Virus record (IMG/VR): IMGVR_UViG_3300032315_001694
Length of the DNA stretch: 64,000 bases
Reading direction: 5' to 3' (one strand)
Origin: a virus
Lineage: Duplodnaviria; Heunggongvirae; Uroviricota; Caudoviricetes
Within the stretch, counting starts at the first letter, position 1; every line of letters starts with the position of its first letter. Shown here one piece after another: positions 37,089 through 46,139 of this stretch. The position numbers and the translations under genes were made by a program. The notes under the pieces were generated by a model. It was given only the letters and a program-made list of their open reading frames with translations, had not been told where the DNA came from and did no database searches.

Positions 37089-37608
37089 AAAATTCGTAAA
37101 AAAAGAACGAAAACACAAAATAAACGGTGAGGTCCGTTTTCCTGAGGTGAGGATTATAGGTGAACACAATGGACAACTTATGTCTTCATTAGAAGCATTC
37201 AAGATTGCCCAAGAACAAGGACTAGATTTAGTTCTTATCAATGAGAATGCCAATCCACCAATTGTTAGAATTGAGGATTATGGTAAATTCATTTATGATC
37301 AAGAAAAGAGAGAAAAAGAAGCTAAAAAGAATGTTCACAAAACTCAATTAAAAGAGATATCGCTTTCTTTAAATATTACCGACCATGATTTAGGAACTAA
37401 ATCTAAAAAGGCTTTAGAGTTTCTAGAAGATGGTGATAAAGTTAAACTCTCACTCTTGATGAAAGGTCGTCAAAACGTCATGCGAGAGAATGGTGAGATA
37501 GTTATGTTAAAGTTTGCTCAACTTGTTGAAAATTTTGGAATACCAGAAGCTTTGCCCAAGCTAGAAGGAAACAGATGGAACATGACAATCAAACCAAAAA
37601 AGAAATAA
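37081..37608 (+). CDS. infC: translation initiation factor IF-3 homolog
   Basis: INGEVRFPEVRIIGEHNGQLM...GLDLVLINENANPPIVRIEDYGKFIYDQEKREKEAKKN...EISLSLNITDHDLGTKSKKALEFLEDGDKVKLSLLMKGRQ matches both the N- and C-domain of IF-3. Confidence 0.8.
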   Translation: MAKKFVKKERKHKINGEVRFPEVRIIGEHNGQLMSSLEAFKIAQEQGLDLVLINENANPPIVRIEDYGKFIYDQEKREKEAKKNVHKTQLKEISLSLNITDHDLGTKSKKALEFLEDGDKVKLSLLMKGRQNVMRENGEIVMLKFAQLVENFGIPEALPKLEGNRWNMTIKPKKK

Positions 37609-37627
37609 TTTTTTAACCTTTTATATT

Positions 37628-37972
37628 ATGAACGAATTAAATCTTGATAATCCGGTTTTTGTAGTTTATTTGAATGTTGAAGGAATGTCCCGTGCAGTTG
37701 CTCAAGATTTAATTCAAAGCTATAAAGCGTATCTCAAATATGATAATTGTACTTTCTGGATTGTTGCTGTTCAAGACCAGCAAACTAAATTTGAAATGAT
37801 TTGGAAAGGTCAGAAGTATGATACTCCACCATCAGAAGACAACACCAATAAAATTAAATTTGCTTATAAAAAAATGTCTAAATTGATAGAACTCCTTTCT
37901 GAAGGAACAACAGATGATGTTTTAAAACAAAAATTGAGAGATCTCACTCTTACAGAAATTTTAGATGAATAA
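37628..37972 (+). CDS. hypothetical protein
   Basis: 114 aa. Confidence 0.4.
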   Translation: MNELNLDNPVFVVYLNVEGMSRAVAQDLIQSYKAYLKYDNCTFWIVAVQDQQTKFEMIWKGQKYDTPPSEDNTNKIKFAYKKMSKLIELLSEGTTDDVLKQKLRDLTLTEILDE

Positions 37973-38046
37973 AGATACTAATAGAATCCGAAGGAGATTA
38001 CTTTGAATGGATTAACACTTTAAATTGTTTCATTCGGAGAAATTCA

Positions 38047-38370
38047 ATGGGTGCTTGGTGTGGTTATACCATAATACCAAAATCGTTTCCATTAGATTTT
38101 GAACAAGAAATCAATCTGAATTGCCATGGTGGTATAACCTTTCAATCAATAAATACCGATGGAAATTTAGTAGTTGGTTTCGATTGTGCTCATCACGGAG
38201 ATTTAGTACCAAAGTTAGGAGTACCGTTGTTTAAAATGGACACCATTGATTTTTCAATTTATCGAGATAAACAATATGTAATTGATGAAGTTAATCATAT
38301 GGTTGAACAAATTCTAAAAATAGTTCAGGTTAATAGATATTTAAGAATTAATGAAATTTTGAATAATTAA
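38047..38370 (+). CDS. hypothetical protein
   Basis: 107 aa. Confidence 0.35.
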   Translation: MGAWCGYTIIPKSFPLDFEQEINLNCHGGITFQSINTDGNLVVGFDCAHHGDLVPKLGVPLFKMDTIDFSIYRDKQYVIDEVNHMVEQILKIVQVNRYLRINEILNN

Positions 38371-38380
38371 TAATTTTTTG

Positions 38381-38388
38381 TATCTTTG
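38381..38388 (+). promoter_or_regulatory. TAtcTTTG -7 promoter element
   Basis: Upstream of an unlisted 44-codon ORF. Confidence 0.35.
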
Positions 38389-38404
38389 TATAAATAATCA
38401 AACA

Positions 38405-38539
38405 ATGGTAGAAAATATAGAAACAATCCGCGAGAACTTTCAGTTTGAATCAACTGAGCAATATTTAGCATTTGACCAAATGGCTCAAGAATTTCTAGTA
38501 CGTGAGCTCATGGAAGAAATAAATAAAGAAAATTAAAAT
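38405..38539 (+). CDS. small ORF (44 aa, MVENIETIRENFQFESTEQYLAFDQMAQEFLVRELMEEINKEN), absent from the ORF track
   Basis: ATG 17 nt after the promoter motif; acidic helical peptide. Confidence 0.2.
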
Positions 38540-38543
38540 AATT

Positions 38544-38861
38544 ATGATACCTATCTCCCTCGATGCTGTTAAAACAACTCTTGAATTCATGCCTTTAGAT
38601 AGTGAATTAAGAGATTCTCTATTAAAAAATGTTGAAATCCTAATCGAATTTAGGTTTCATTTGACTCAGAAATATTCTATTAAAGAATCAAAAGCTGAAA
38701 CAATGATTAAAGATCATTTACAATCAAAATTCAACGGTTCTGCTGATGTGATTGCTCAACTTGCTAGTGAATATGCTAAATCACAAGGATTTGAAAAGTC
38801 AGATGAATTGGAATCTGCCATAACCGAGTTAGTTAAATTCCAAAAAAGATTAAATTGGTAA
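38544..38861 (+). CDS. hypothetical protein
   Basis: 105 aa. Confidence 0.4.
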   Translation: MIPISLDAVKTTLEFMPLDSELRDSLLKNVEILIEFRFHLTQKYSIKESKAETMIKDHLQSKFNGSADVIAQLASEYAKSQGFEKSDELESAITELVKFQKRLNW

Positions 38862-38912
38862 TTAAATGAATAAAAAATTCAATAGTATATTGAATAATTA
38901 AAATTATTTTCC

Positions 38913-38920
38913 TATCTTTG
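38913..38920 (+). promoter_or_regulatory. TAtcTTTG -7 promoter element 5 nt before the RNA-ligase ATG
   Basis: cctatctttgtgatATG. Confidence 0.4.
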
Positions 38921-38924
38921 TGAT

Positions 38925-39563
38925 ATGAAATATAATTCTTACCGTTATATCTATCCTCCGAGACCACGTAATCCCATAATGTCGGATGAACTGAATTTCT
39001 GGGATAATGGAACACTACTTGGCCAGCCTAAACTTAATGGTTCTAACTGTGTTATTTTCATGGATGGAACTCGCAATATGATTATGAATCGTCATAATCA
39101 ACGTCTAACTAATTTCGAATTATCAAAAGCTGAATTAAACTCACTTTATAAATGCAATCCCGGTGAGTTGATGGTAATCAATGGTGAATACCTTAACAAA
39201 TCTAAACAAGATGAACGTGGTGTAACATTTAACCACAAACTGGTTATTTTTGATATTCTTGTTTTTAAATCTGATTATTTAGTTGGCTCTACTTTTTCTG
39301 ATAGAATTACACTTCTTGATGAATTATATGGCACCAAAGATTCTGAAAAGCCTTATCTATATTCTATTTCAGATAATGTCTATCGTGTTAAAAGTTATGA
39401 AACAGGATTCAAACAAATCTATGATGATCTAACTAAAATTGATATGATAGAAGGTCTGGTACTGAAACGTAAATCAGCTAAATTGGAAATCGGCAACACT
39501 GAAAACAACAACACTAAAAGTCAATTGAAGGCTCGTAAGCCAACTAAGATGTATAAATATTAA
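38925..39563 (+). CDS. minimal ATP-dependent RNA ligase, Rnl2-like nucleotidyltransferase domain only
   Basis: Motif I KLNGSN (Rnl2-type KxHGxN); motif III LMVINGEYL; motif IV EGLVLK; motif V K-x-K region; 212 aa, no OB domain. Confidence 0.5.
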   Translation: MKYNSYRYIYPPRPRNPIMSDELNFWDNGTLLGQPKLNGSNCVIFMDGTRNMIMNRHNQRLTNFELSKAELNSLYKCNPGELMVINGEYLNKSKQDERGVTFNHKLVIFDILVFKSDYLVGSTFSDRITLLDELYGTKDSEKPYLYSISDNVYRVKSYETGFKQIYDDLTKIDMIEGLVLKRKSAKLEIGNTENNNTKSQLKARKPTKMYKY

Positions 39564-39925
39564 TCCTCAAAAGTTAAGATTTCTTTAGTGACTAATTGTA
39601 AATCACTCCAAACACTTTTATAAGTGACTCCACGAACTTTACGATTGTCAATCCAAACATATTCATCATCCGGATTCATACATCTTGGTTTTCCCATAAC
39701 TAAACCATGATATCTGAATCCTTTTTCTTTTAACCATAATTCAGTTACTTCCCTATCCTTTTCTTCACGAGCGGTAAAAAAGGTGATATGATCACCTTCA
39801 TCATACCATTTATTAACTTGTTCCAAAGAACCAGGAATAACTTCAGCAGTAGGATAAAGATGAGAATCCTCATTTTTTATATCGGTGCAAATCGTTCCGT
39901 CAATGTCGCATAAAATAATTTTCAT
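39560..39925 (-). CDS. HAD-superfamily phosphatase-like protein
   Basis: N-terminal MKIILCDIDGTICTD (DxDGT motif I); GKPR... motif IV-like; 121 aa. Confidence 0.5.
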   Translation of the reverse strand: MKIILCDIDGTICTDIKNEDSHLYPTAEVIPGSLEQVNKWYDEGDHITFFTAREEKDREVTELWLKEKGFRYHGLVMGKPRCMNPDDEYVWIDNRKVRGVTYKSVWSDLQLVTKEILTFED

Positions 39926-39953
39926 AAGTTGTAAAGTGTATCTTTTTTTATTT

Positions 39954-39961
39954 TACATTTG
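39954..39961 (+). promoter_or_regulatory. TAcaTTTG -7 promoter element
   Basis: 5 nt before ATG at 39966. Confidence 0.35.
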
Positions 39962-39965
39962 TGAT

Positions 39966-40139
39966 ATGAAAAAGTTTTTATTTATTACTAATCTATTGAC
40001 ACTCTTATCTTGTGGATTTCTTATTACTCAAGTTAATCCATTCACTCCAGATGGATTAATAATTCGTTGGATTTTGACTATTTGTTTTATGACATCTTTT
40101 ATAGTCGGTCTTTTTCAAACAAGAAAATTACTCCGATAA
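39966..40139 (+). CDS. small membrane protein (58 aa, MKKFLFITNLLTLLSCGFL...)
   Basis: ATG-start version of ORF 39885..40139; two hydrophobic segments. Confidence 0.3.
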   Translation: MKKFLFITNLLTLLSCGFLITQVNPFTPDGLIIRWILTICFMTSFIVGLFQTRKLLR

Positions 40140-40188
40140 TAAACTTTTTAGCTTCTTTTCCATAAAAAATCCACTAAATAACTTACAA

Positions 40189-40917
40189 ATGAATTACGGA
40201 AAAGACTTTAAAAAATTCGCACTTAGTCAAGGCATCTCTTCTACATCACTTGATGCTTTTGAAAACTCAATGACACCGCAAATCATCGAGGAAAGAAAGC
40301 TAAATGCTATATCTATGTCAGTTTTTGACAGATTGATGATGGAAAGAACAATATGGATTTGTTCACCAATCAATAGTCAAATGGCATCAATTATTCAAGC
40401 TCAACTAATTTATCTAGATTCTTTAGAAAAAAAAGATATTACAATACATTGTGATAGTCCGGGTGGTTCGGTAATGGCGGGATTGGGAATAATAGATGTG
40501 ATGAATTATATTAAATCCGATGTTGCTACAATAAATACAGGGTTATGTGCTTCGATGGGAGCAATGATACTTTCAGCCGGACAAAAGGGTAAAAGGAGTT
40601 CGTTATTATTTTCAAGAACAATGATACACCATGTTTCTTCATCTACATCCGGAACAGTAGATGATCAGAGAATTTCTTTAATGGAATCTGAAAAATACAA
40701 TTTTCTTTTAATGAAAATGTTAGCTCGAAACTGTGGTAAAACTTTTGATGAAATACACGACTCTTCAAGAAGGGATAAGTGGTTGAATTCTGATGAATCT
40801 TTAGAATTTGGCATAATTGATGAAATAATCGGACTTGATAAAAATGAAAGTATCACTAAGACGATGGAAGGGTTTGATGAATATTATCAAAAGGAAGTAA
40901 TGATGAGAAATAACTAA
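40189..40917 (+). CDS. clpP: ClpP-family (S14) serine protease
   Basis: ICSPINSQMASIIQAQLIYL...HCDSPGGSVMAGLGIIDVM...INTGLCASMGAMILSAGQKGKRSSLLFSRTMIHH aligns with the ClpP Ser-His-Asp core. Confidence 0.7.
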   Translation: MNYGKDFKKFALSQGISSTSLDAFENSMTPQIIEERKLNAISMSVFDRLMMERTIWICSPINSQMASIIQAQLIYLDSLEKKDITIHCDSPGGSVMAGLGIIDVMNYIKSDVATINTGLCASMGAMILSAGQKGKRSSLLFSRTMIHHVSSSTSGTVDDQRISLMESEKYNFLLMKMLARNCGKTFDEIHDSSRRDKWLNSDESLEFGIIDEIIGLDKNESITKTMEGFDEYYQKEVMMRNN

Positions 40918-41071
40918 ATCTCCCTAATTCTTATCAAGAAAATCTTTCCAATTTGTCCATCCTTTATTTTTATATAAATCAATTAAAGGAAAAATTGAAT
41001 AAAGAAACATCAATTAAATCATTCATAGAAAACTTAATTAAAAATAGTTTTTAACTTTTTATATATAGAGT

Positions 41072-41638
41072 ATGCAACAATTTTCTAAGTTAAAAGATAA
41101 AAATGAAATTAAACCAGATAAAGATGATGTCGTTTATGATGGTGGTCACTTATCAGTAATCAACTACGAGGACTGGACAATTATAAAAGAACCAGACTTT
41201 GTAGTTTGTATTATTTACTTAATTGAAGAAAATCAATTCATACTTAGAAATGAATATATACCAACTTTTAAATATGTTGATGGTCAAGAATATCATATGA
41301 CTGTTTTAAGCGGAACTATGAACCAAGGAGAAACCCCAGAAACTACACTTCTTAGAGAAATAGAAGAAGAAGCTGGAATTGTTATAAGACCAGATTTCAA
41401 AATTGAGTTTATGAAGCCCTTTTTTATATCTAAAGGTCACTCTTCTAAATATCACCCAGCTATTATCACTTTAACTGAAAGAGATTTTCATGAGATAATT
41501 GCCAAGGGAGATGGTTCTAAAGCTGAGAAGATGAGTCAAACTGTTAAATTAGATAAGAAGTATATTAACTCGGTCAATTCTTCTGACTTGATTACAGAAT
41601 ATATGATGTTGAAATTTAAGGAATACTTAAATATGTAA
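41072..41638 (+). CDS. Nudix hydrolase
   Basis: Nudix box GTMNQGETPETTLLREIEEEAGI (Gx5Ex7REUxEExGU). Confidence 0.65.
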   Translation: MQQFSKLKDKNEIKPDKDDVVYDGGHLSVINYEDWTIIKEPDFVVCIIYLIEENQFILRNEYIPTFKYVDGQEYHMTVLSGTMNQGETPETTLLREIEEEAGIVIRPDFKIEFMKPFFISKGHSSKYHPAIITLTERDFHEIIAKGDGSKAEKMSQTVKLDKKYINSVNSSDLITEYMMLKFKEYLNM

Positions 41639-41648
41639 TTTTTTTTAC

Positions 41649-41656
41649 TATATTTG
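41649..41656 (+). promoter_or_regulatory. TAtaTTTG -7 promoter element
   Basis: ctatatttgcaatATG. Confidence 0.4.
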
Positions 41657-41660
41657 CAAT

Positions 41661-41846
41661 ATGGAACTACAAGAAAAACTCGAACTAAATAAAAAAGTCA
41701 GAAAATACGAAGGAGAAAACTATTTTCTTATTTCACTTAAAAAGAACTTAGCTTCTAAATGGTGTCAAAAAATCGAAGTCGATGGAAAAACACATAAAGT
41801 TCTTTCTGATAAACAATATGAAGTTGCTAAAGGATTGTTAGGTTAA
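41661..41846 (+). CDS. hypothetical small protein
   Basis: 61 aa following the promoter motif. Confidence 0.3.
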   Translation: MELQEKLELNKKVRKYEGENYFLISLKKNLASKWCQKIEVDGKTHKVLSDKQYEVAKGLLG

Positions 41847-42235
41847 TTCCAAACAATATAAATCCTGGTAACATCTTCATGAGGAAATTCTAATTTTCTT
41901 CCAGATTTAGAAGGTTTATTCGGTGTATCTGAAATAAGATGATAAATTGACAAACCATTCATTTCCATAAATTCATTTAGATTTTTAAGTAAAGGAAGAA
42001 TATCATTCACTTTAAAGGTTTCTAGATGTCCATTTGAACCCATCTTTACACTCTTAATCCAAAGAGAAATCATATAATTAGTACCTACAACTCCGAATTG
42101 AGAAATCTCAGTCTCGAATTCAATATCGTCAAATTCATCTTGTAAATATTGCACTTTATCTTCTAAATCAAGATAAATATCTTGTATCATTTCTTCTGTT
42201 GCTTCAAATAGTTTAAACTTTTTTAACCTTTTCAT
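41843..42235 (-). CDS. N-motif family paralog (MKRLKKFKLFEATEE)
   Basis: N-terminal signature. Confidence 0.5.
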   Translation of the reverse strand: MKRLKKFKLFEATEEMIQDIYLDLEDKVQYLQDEFDDIEFETEISQFGVVGTNYMISLWIKSVKMGSNGHLETFKVNDILPLLKNLNEFMEMNGLSIYHLISDTPNKPSKSGRKLEFPHEDVTRIYIVWN

Positions 42236-43560
42236 TACTTCAAATAATTTTTCAAGATAGCTCCAATCTCTTTATTTAGAGCTTCATCATCACAATCACC
42301 GTAATCGGAAAAGTAAGGATTTAATTGATTATCAAAATAACAATCTGAAGCCCATTCACCAAATACATTACCTAAACTATAACCATAAAGTGCTTTACCA
42401 TAATCTTCAATCCACCTATCTTCGAATTTCAATTTATAGAACCAAACAATTTCATCGTAATAAACCTTTTCTTTTCTATCAGTTCCCGGAATTTTACGAT
42501 AGTAAAATCTTTTTCCTTCTTTTCTTTCTTTAGTATATTTGATACCTTCTCTTTCAATTATTTTATCAAATGCTTCTTCTAATTCTTCTTGATTTCTTTC
42601 AACATGAGCTCCAACTTCCCAATCGGCAATTGTTTGTCTGATATCACCAATTATCTCAGAATCTTTACAAAGAGGTTCTAATGTGCTGTGAGAATTTTCT
42701 TTAAGTAAGAAATTAATCACTTCTTCCTCTGATTTATCTTCTAAATTTTCATTATCACATTCTTTGATAAATTCTTCCAAACCACCCAATTCTTTGATTA
42801 GAGCTTTAACAGCTAGAATCTCATTTTCTTTTTTCAAAGAATATCTAAATAAACTATCTATTTCTGGTTGGTAATAATGTCTATCATAATTACTCTCATC
42901 AATTCCATTAACTAATGTATCTTTCCAACTTGATTTACTTGATAACATCATATCAGCCATATCCTCAATATCAAACTCACAATAAATATTTCCAACACTA
43001 TCTGTTGTATAATCAGACCAGTTATAAATCTCCGCTAAATCTTTAGCCACTATATCAACTTTTTCTGGTTGATGACAATAAACAACCAATCCAGCTGATG
43101 ATATGTATAAATCACCATCTACCATGTCTTCTTGTTTAGTGGTAAATGGTTTTCCAGGAGTCTCAGGAATCCAAGTTATGATAGAACCTTTATAAAGATG
43201 AATATTATACGGAGAAGTATTACCATCTTCATCCCAAACATCTTGAATAATATATCCCTCACTCTCTAAGTATTTTAAGGAAGATTGAAAATCAAGTGTC
43301 AAATCTCCGGTTTTTTCATTTGATTTATAGATAACAATACGATATCCAAAGTAATATTCGTTTTTCAAACTGATAATATCATCTTTTGGATTTAACCATT
43401 CGAACCTTTTTGAATTATCTTTCATTTCTAAAAAAACGGCCTTCTCGACTCCTATTTCATAACCTTCATCTTTAAGAGAAATAAAAGCATAGTCAATGTC
43501 TGTTGGATCTAACCAATATTCAACAGATTCTTTAATAAATTGAAGCCAGGTTTTAATCAT
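42235..43560 (-). CDS. N-motif family paralog (MIKTWLQFIKES)
   Basis: Signature variant with W. Confidence 0.5.
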   Translation of the reverse strand: MIKTWLQFIKESVEYWLDPTDIDYAFISLKDEGYEIGVEKAVFLEMKDNSKRFEWLNPKDDIISLKNEYYFGYRIVIYKSNEKTGDLTLDFQSSLKYLESEGYIIQDVWDEDGNTSPYNIHLYKGSIITWIPETPGKPFTTKQEDMVDGDLYISSAGLVVYCHQPEKVDIVAKDLAEIYNWSDYTTDSVGNIYCEFDIEDMADMMLSSKSSWKDTLVNGIDESNYDRHYYQPEIDSLFRYSLKKENEILAVKALIKELGGLEEFIKECDNENLEDKSEEEVINFLLKENSHSTLEPLCKDSEIIGDIRQTIADWEVGAHVERNQEELEEAFDKIIEREGIKYTKERKEGKRFYYRKIPGTDRKEKVYYDEIVWFYKLKFEDRWIEDYGKALYGYSLGNVFGEWASDCYFDNQLNPYFSDYGDCDDEALNKEIGAILKNYLK

Positions 43561-44128
43561 TGCTATTTTTTGATTTTAATTCTATCTCAAATTGAACAAT
43601 TGTTTTATGATAATTTGTGAATTCACATCTCACCAATTTTGTTTCATAATCTGGACTTTTCAATCTATATAAGTACTTATTAACATCTTCGGAATATTTT
43701 ATAAACTGAGGTAAATCCACTTGTGACCACTTGTTCAACTTTATTGTATATTCACTTTCTGTTGAATAAATCATAAAAGTGAAATCTTCCAAATCTATAA
43801 AATCTGAAAATATCTCCTCTATTTCAAATGCTTCTGGGAATATCTCTCTTTCTTCCCTAATTCTATGATAAATTTGGATCATTTTATCAGTCAATTCAGG
43901 ATTATTCTGACACATATTGAGCAACTTTTTAATCATCTCTTTCATATCATCATATCCAGTTTCATACATCATAAAAGTATCATCATGTCCGATATAAGAG
44001 TAAAAGTCATCAGCTATTTCTTTGGTTGGATTTGAATCCTCTGAGACATAATACACTAATTCCTGAGCCATTTCTTTGGTTAGTTTGTTAGATTGTGATT
44101 CGTTAAATTTATGCCAAGATTTAATCAT
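43553..44128 (-). CDS. N-motif family paralog (MIKSWHKFNESQ)
   Basis: Signature variant. Confidence 0.5.
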   Translation of the reverse strand: MIKSWHKFNESQSNKLTKEMAQELVYYVSEDSNPTKEIADDFYSYIGHDDTFMMYETGYDDMKEMIKKLLNMCQNNPELTDKMIQIYHRIREEREIFPEAFEIEEIFSDFIDLEDFTFMIYSTESEYTIKLNKWSQVDLPQFIKYSEDVNKYLYRLKSPDYETKLVRCEFTNYHKTIVQFEIELKSKNSND

Positions 44129-44196
44129 ACATCTATATATAAAAAAAGAGGAACCAATTATGATTCCTCTTTTGTAGCTGTCCTTAAAGTTTTCTA

Positions 44197-45138
44197 TTAG
44201 ATTCGAGCTAATAACTCTTTTTTCTTTTCTTGAAATTCTTCTTCTGTAATGATTTCAGCGTCCTTTAAGTCCTTTAACTTAATTAATAAGTTAGTGGCAT
44301 CATGACTTACTTTTAAATCCTTTTTAGTTTCAACTTCCACCGGTTTTCTACTCTCTGGAAGTAATTGATAAACAATCGAATGAATATAGTTTTTTTCAAA
44401 ATCCATATCAACTTCACTAAATTGTTGATTAGATTTTTCACCCTTTTCAATTCTACCAGTTTCTAGTGAATTAGAAATTGGAATTGAATTACTTGAAAAA
44501 CAATTAGTTAAATTCATCTCACTATTTGTTGTGGAGTTATAAACAGAATTAACCGTTGTTCCACCAAATGAACCACCACAAAAAGTTGAACCGATGTTAG
44601 TTGTACCATAATTACCGTACCAAACTGGATAAGGCCTATAATAAGGATATCTATCAACATAGATAGGATAATACTCTCTTATTACTACTTCTCTTAATTT
44701 GTCAGACCAATTTTTTAAACTTTGAGCTTCTTCTTTGTAGAAAAATACCTCCATTAAACCATTGTTTTGGATAGCTTCTTCTACCTCACCTGTCATCTCG
44801 ACTTCATAAGTTTGGAAAATGAATTTCTTTTTATCATCTACAAAGCAGTCGAGGTAAACTCTTTGGCCGGGTTTAATAACAAGACCGGTTTTAGAAATTG
44901 ATTGGTTGTTTAAACGAATGTCAGCCAATACACATTCTTTGAGTGGATTCCAAATTTCAATTTGAAATTCTTCATCATTTTCTAAGTAGATATTACCACT
45001 TTTAATTGACTTTCTACCTTTATCTTTAGGGTTAATAACCCATGCACCAGGCAGATTGGCGCCTTTTACTTCTTTAGTTTTCATACTATTCTTTTTTGTT
45101 TTTGTCCTATATCTTTGAATTCCTTTAGAAACTCTCAA
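44197..45138 (-). CDS. hypothetical protein
   Basis: 313 aa; Tyr/Gly-rich central region. Confidence 0.4.
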   Translation of the reverse strand: MRVSKGIQRYRTKTKKNSMKTKEVKGANLPGAWVINPKDKGRKSIKSGNIYLENDEEFQIEIWNPLKECVLADIRLNNQSISKTGLVIKPGQRVYLDCFVDDKKKFIFQTYEVEMTGEVEEAIQNNGLMEVFFYKEEAQSLKNWSDKLREVVIREYYPIYVDRYPYYRPYPVWYGNYGTTNIGSTFCGGSFGGTTVNSVYNSTTNSEMNLTNCFSSNSIPISNSLETGRIEKGEKSNQQFSEVDMDFEKNYIHSIVYQLLPESRKPVEVETKKDLKVSHDATNLLIKLKDLKDAEIITEEEFQEKKKELLARI

Positions 45139-45212
45139 AGTGTCACCTGAACACTCGACATAAGATGGTGTAGAACAGCTACATATTATGTATTAAATTA
45201 TAATCTCTTTGT

Positions 45213-46139
45213 TTAATTATCAATTATAAAGATATCCTTCCAAGTCATATCTACTAATCCTAACTCTTTCAACTTCTCATCTGTTTCTTGAGCAATTGAA
45301 TGACCTCTTAATCTATCTGACCTAGTTACACTTCTCTCATCATATATTGAAATTTTTAATCTAAAAATCAAACCTGAAGCTTTAAATACTTTATCTAAAA
45401 AGATAGGAGTTATATCAGTAATAAACTGATCACTTAAATTATAAGGTAGATTTATATCTCTTTTTTTAACAGGTGTTATTAATTTATCCACCTTATCAGA
45501 AAAAACTGATAGTATATTAAAATCTATATCGTGAGACCTTTTACAATAATATTGAAATAGATTCTTAATTGTAGTATCAGGACTCAATCCTTTTAATAAG
45601 TCCTTATCTTGTGGATTTTTAATAATCCAATCGAATACCGGAAAAACATTTGCCTTGAAATTGATATGATATTCATAAATGGGTCGAGATAGCGGTGTCC
45701 AACTCTCTCTAGGGTCAGGTAAAGTTTGTGGATATTTCTTATAGACAATAATATCAGTTAATTCTGGAAATTCTATTTTGACAAACTTTTGTGAATAATA
45801 ATCAGCACCAACTCTAAAATCTTTTCTCAACTTAACCAACTCAACCAATTGATTGTGAGTATGAACAAACTGACCAATATCTACTATTTGTTGAATAAAC
45901 CATTTGTAAATATCTTCATCTTTCTTATATAAAGCGCCTATCCACTCTCTACCAGTAAAAATAAAAGATATTATTTTATCACCACCCATACTGGAATCAT
46001 CTTTAACTTTTAGTTCCTTGAACTCAAAATTGAATTCATCTTCAACCACATTGATTAAATCTTTGATATCCAACCATTCTGTGATTTCCGAACTTTCAAA
46101 TAATTGATATGACTTTAAATGTTTAAACATAAAGATCAT
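45213..46139 (-). CDS. N-motif family paralog (MIFMFKHLKSYQLFESSE)
   Basis: Signature after the 3-residue extension. Confidence 0.45.
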   Translation of the reverse strand: MIFMFKHLKSYQLFESSEITEWLDIKDLINVVEDEFNFEFKELKVKDDSSMGGDKIISFIFTGREWIGALYKKDEDIYKWFIQQIVDIGQFVHTHNQLVELVKLRKDFRVGADYYSQKFVKIEFPELTDIIVYKKYPQTLPDPRESWTPLSRPIYEYHINFKANVFPVFDWIIKNPQDKDLLKGLSPDTTIKNLFQYYCKRSHDIDFNILSVFSDKVDKLITPVKKRDINLPYNLSDQFITDITPIFLDKVFKASGLIFRLKISIYDERSVTRSDRLRGHSIAQETDEKLKELGLVDMTWKDIFIIDN

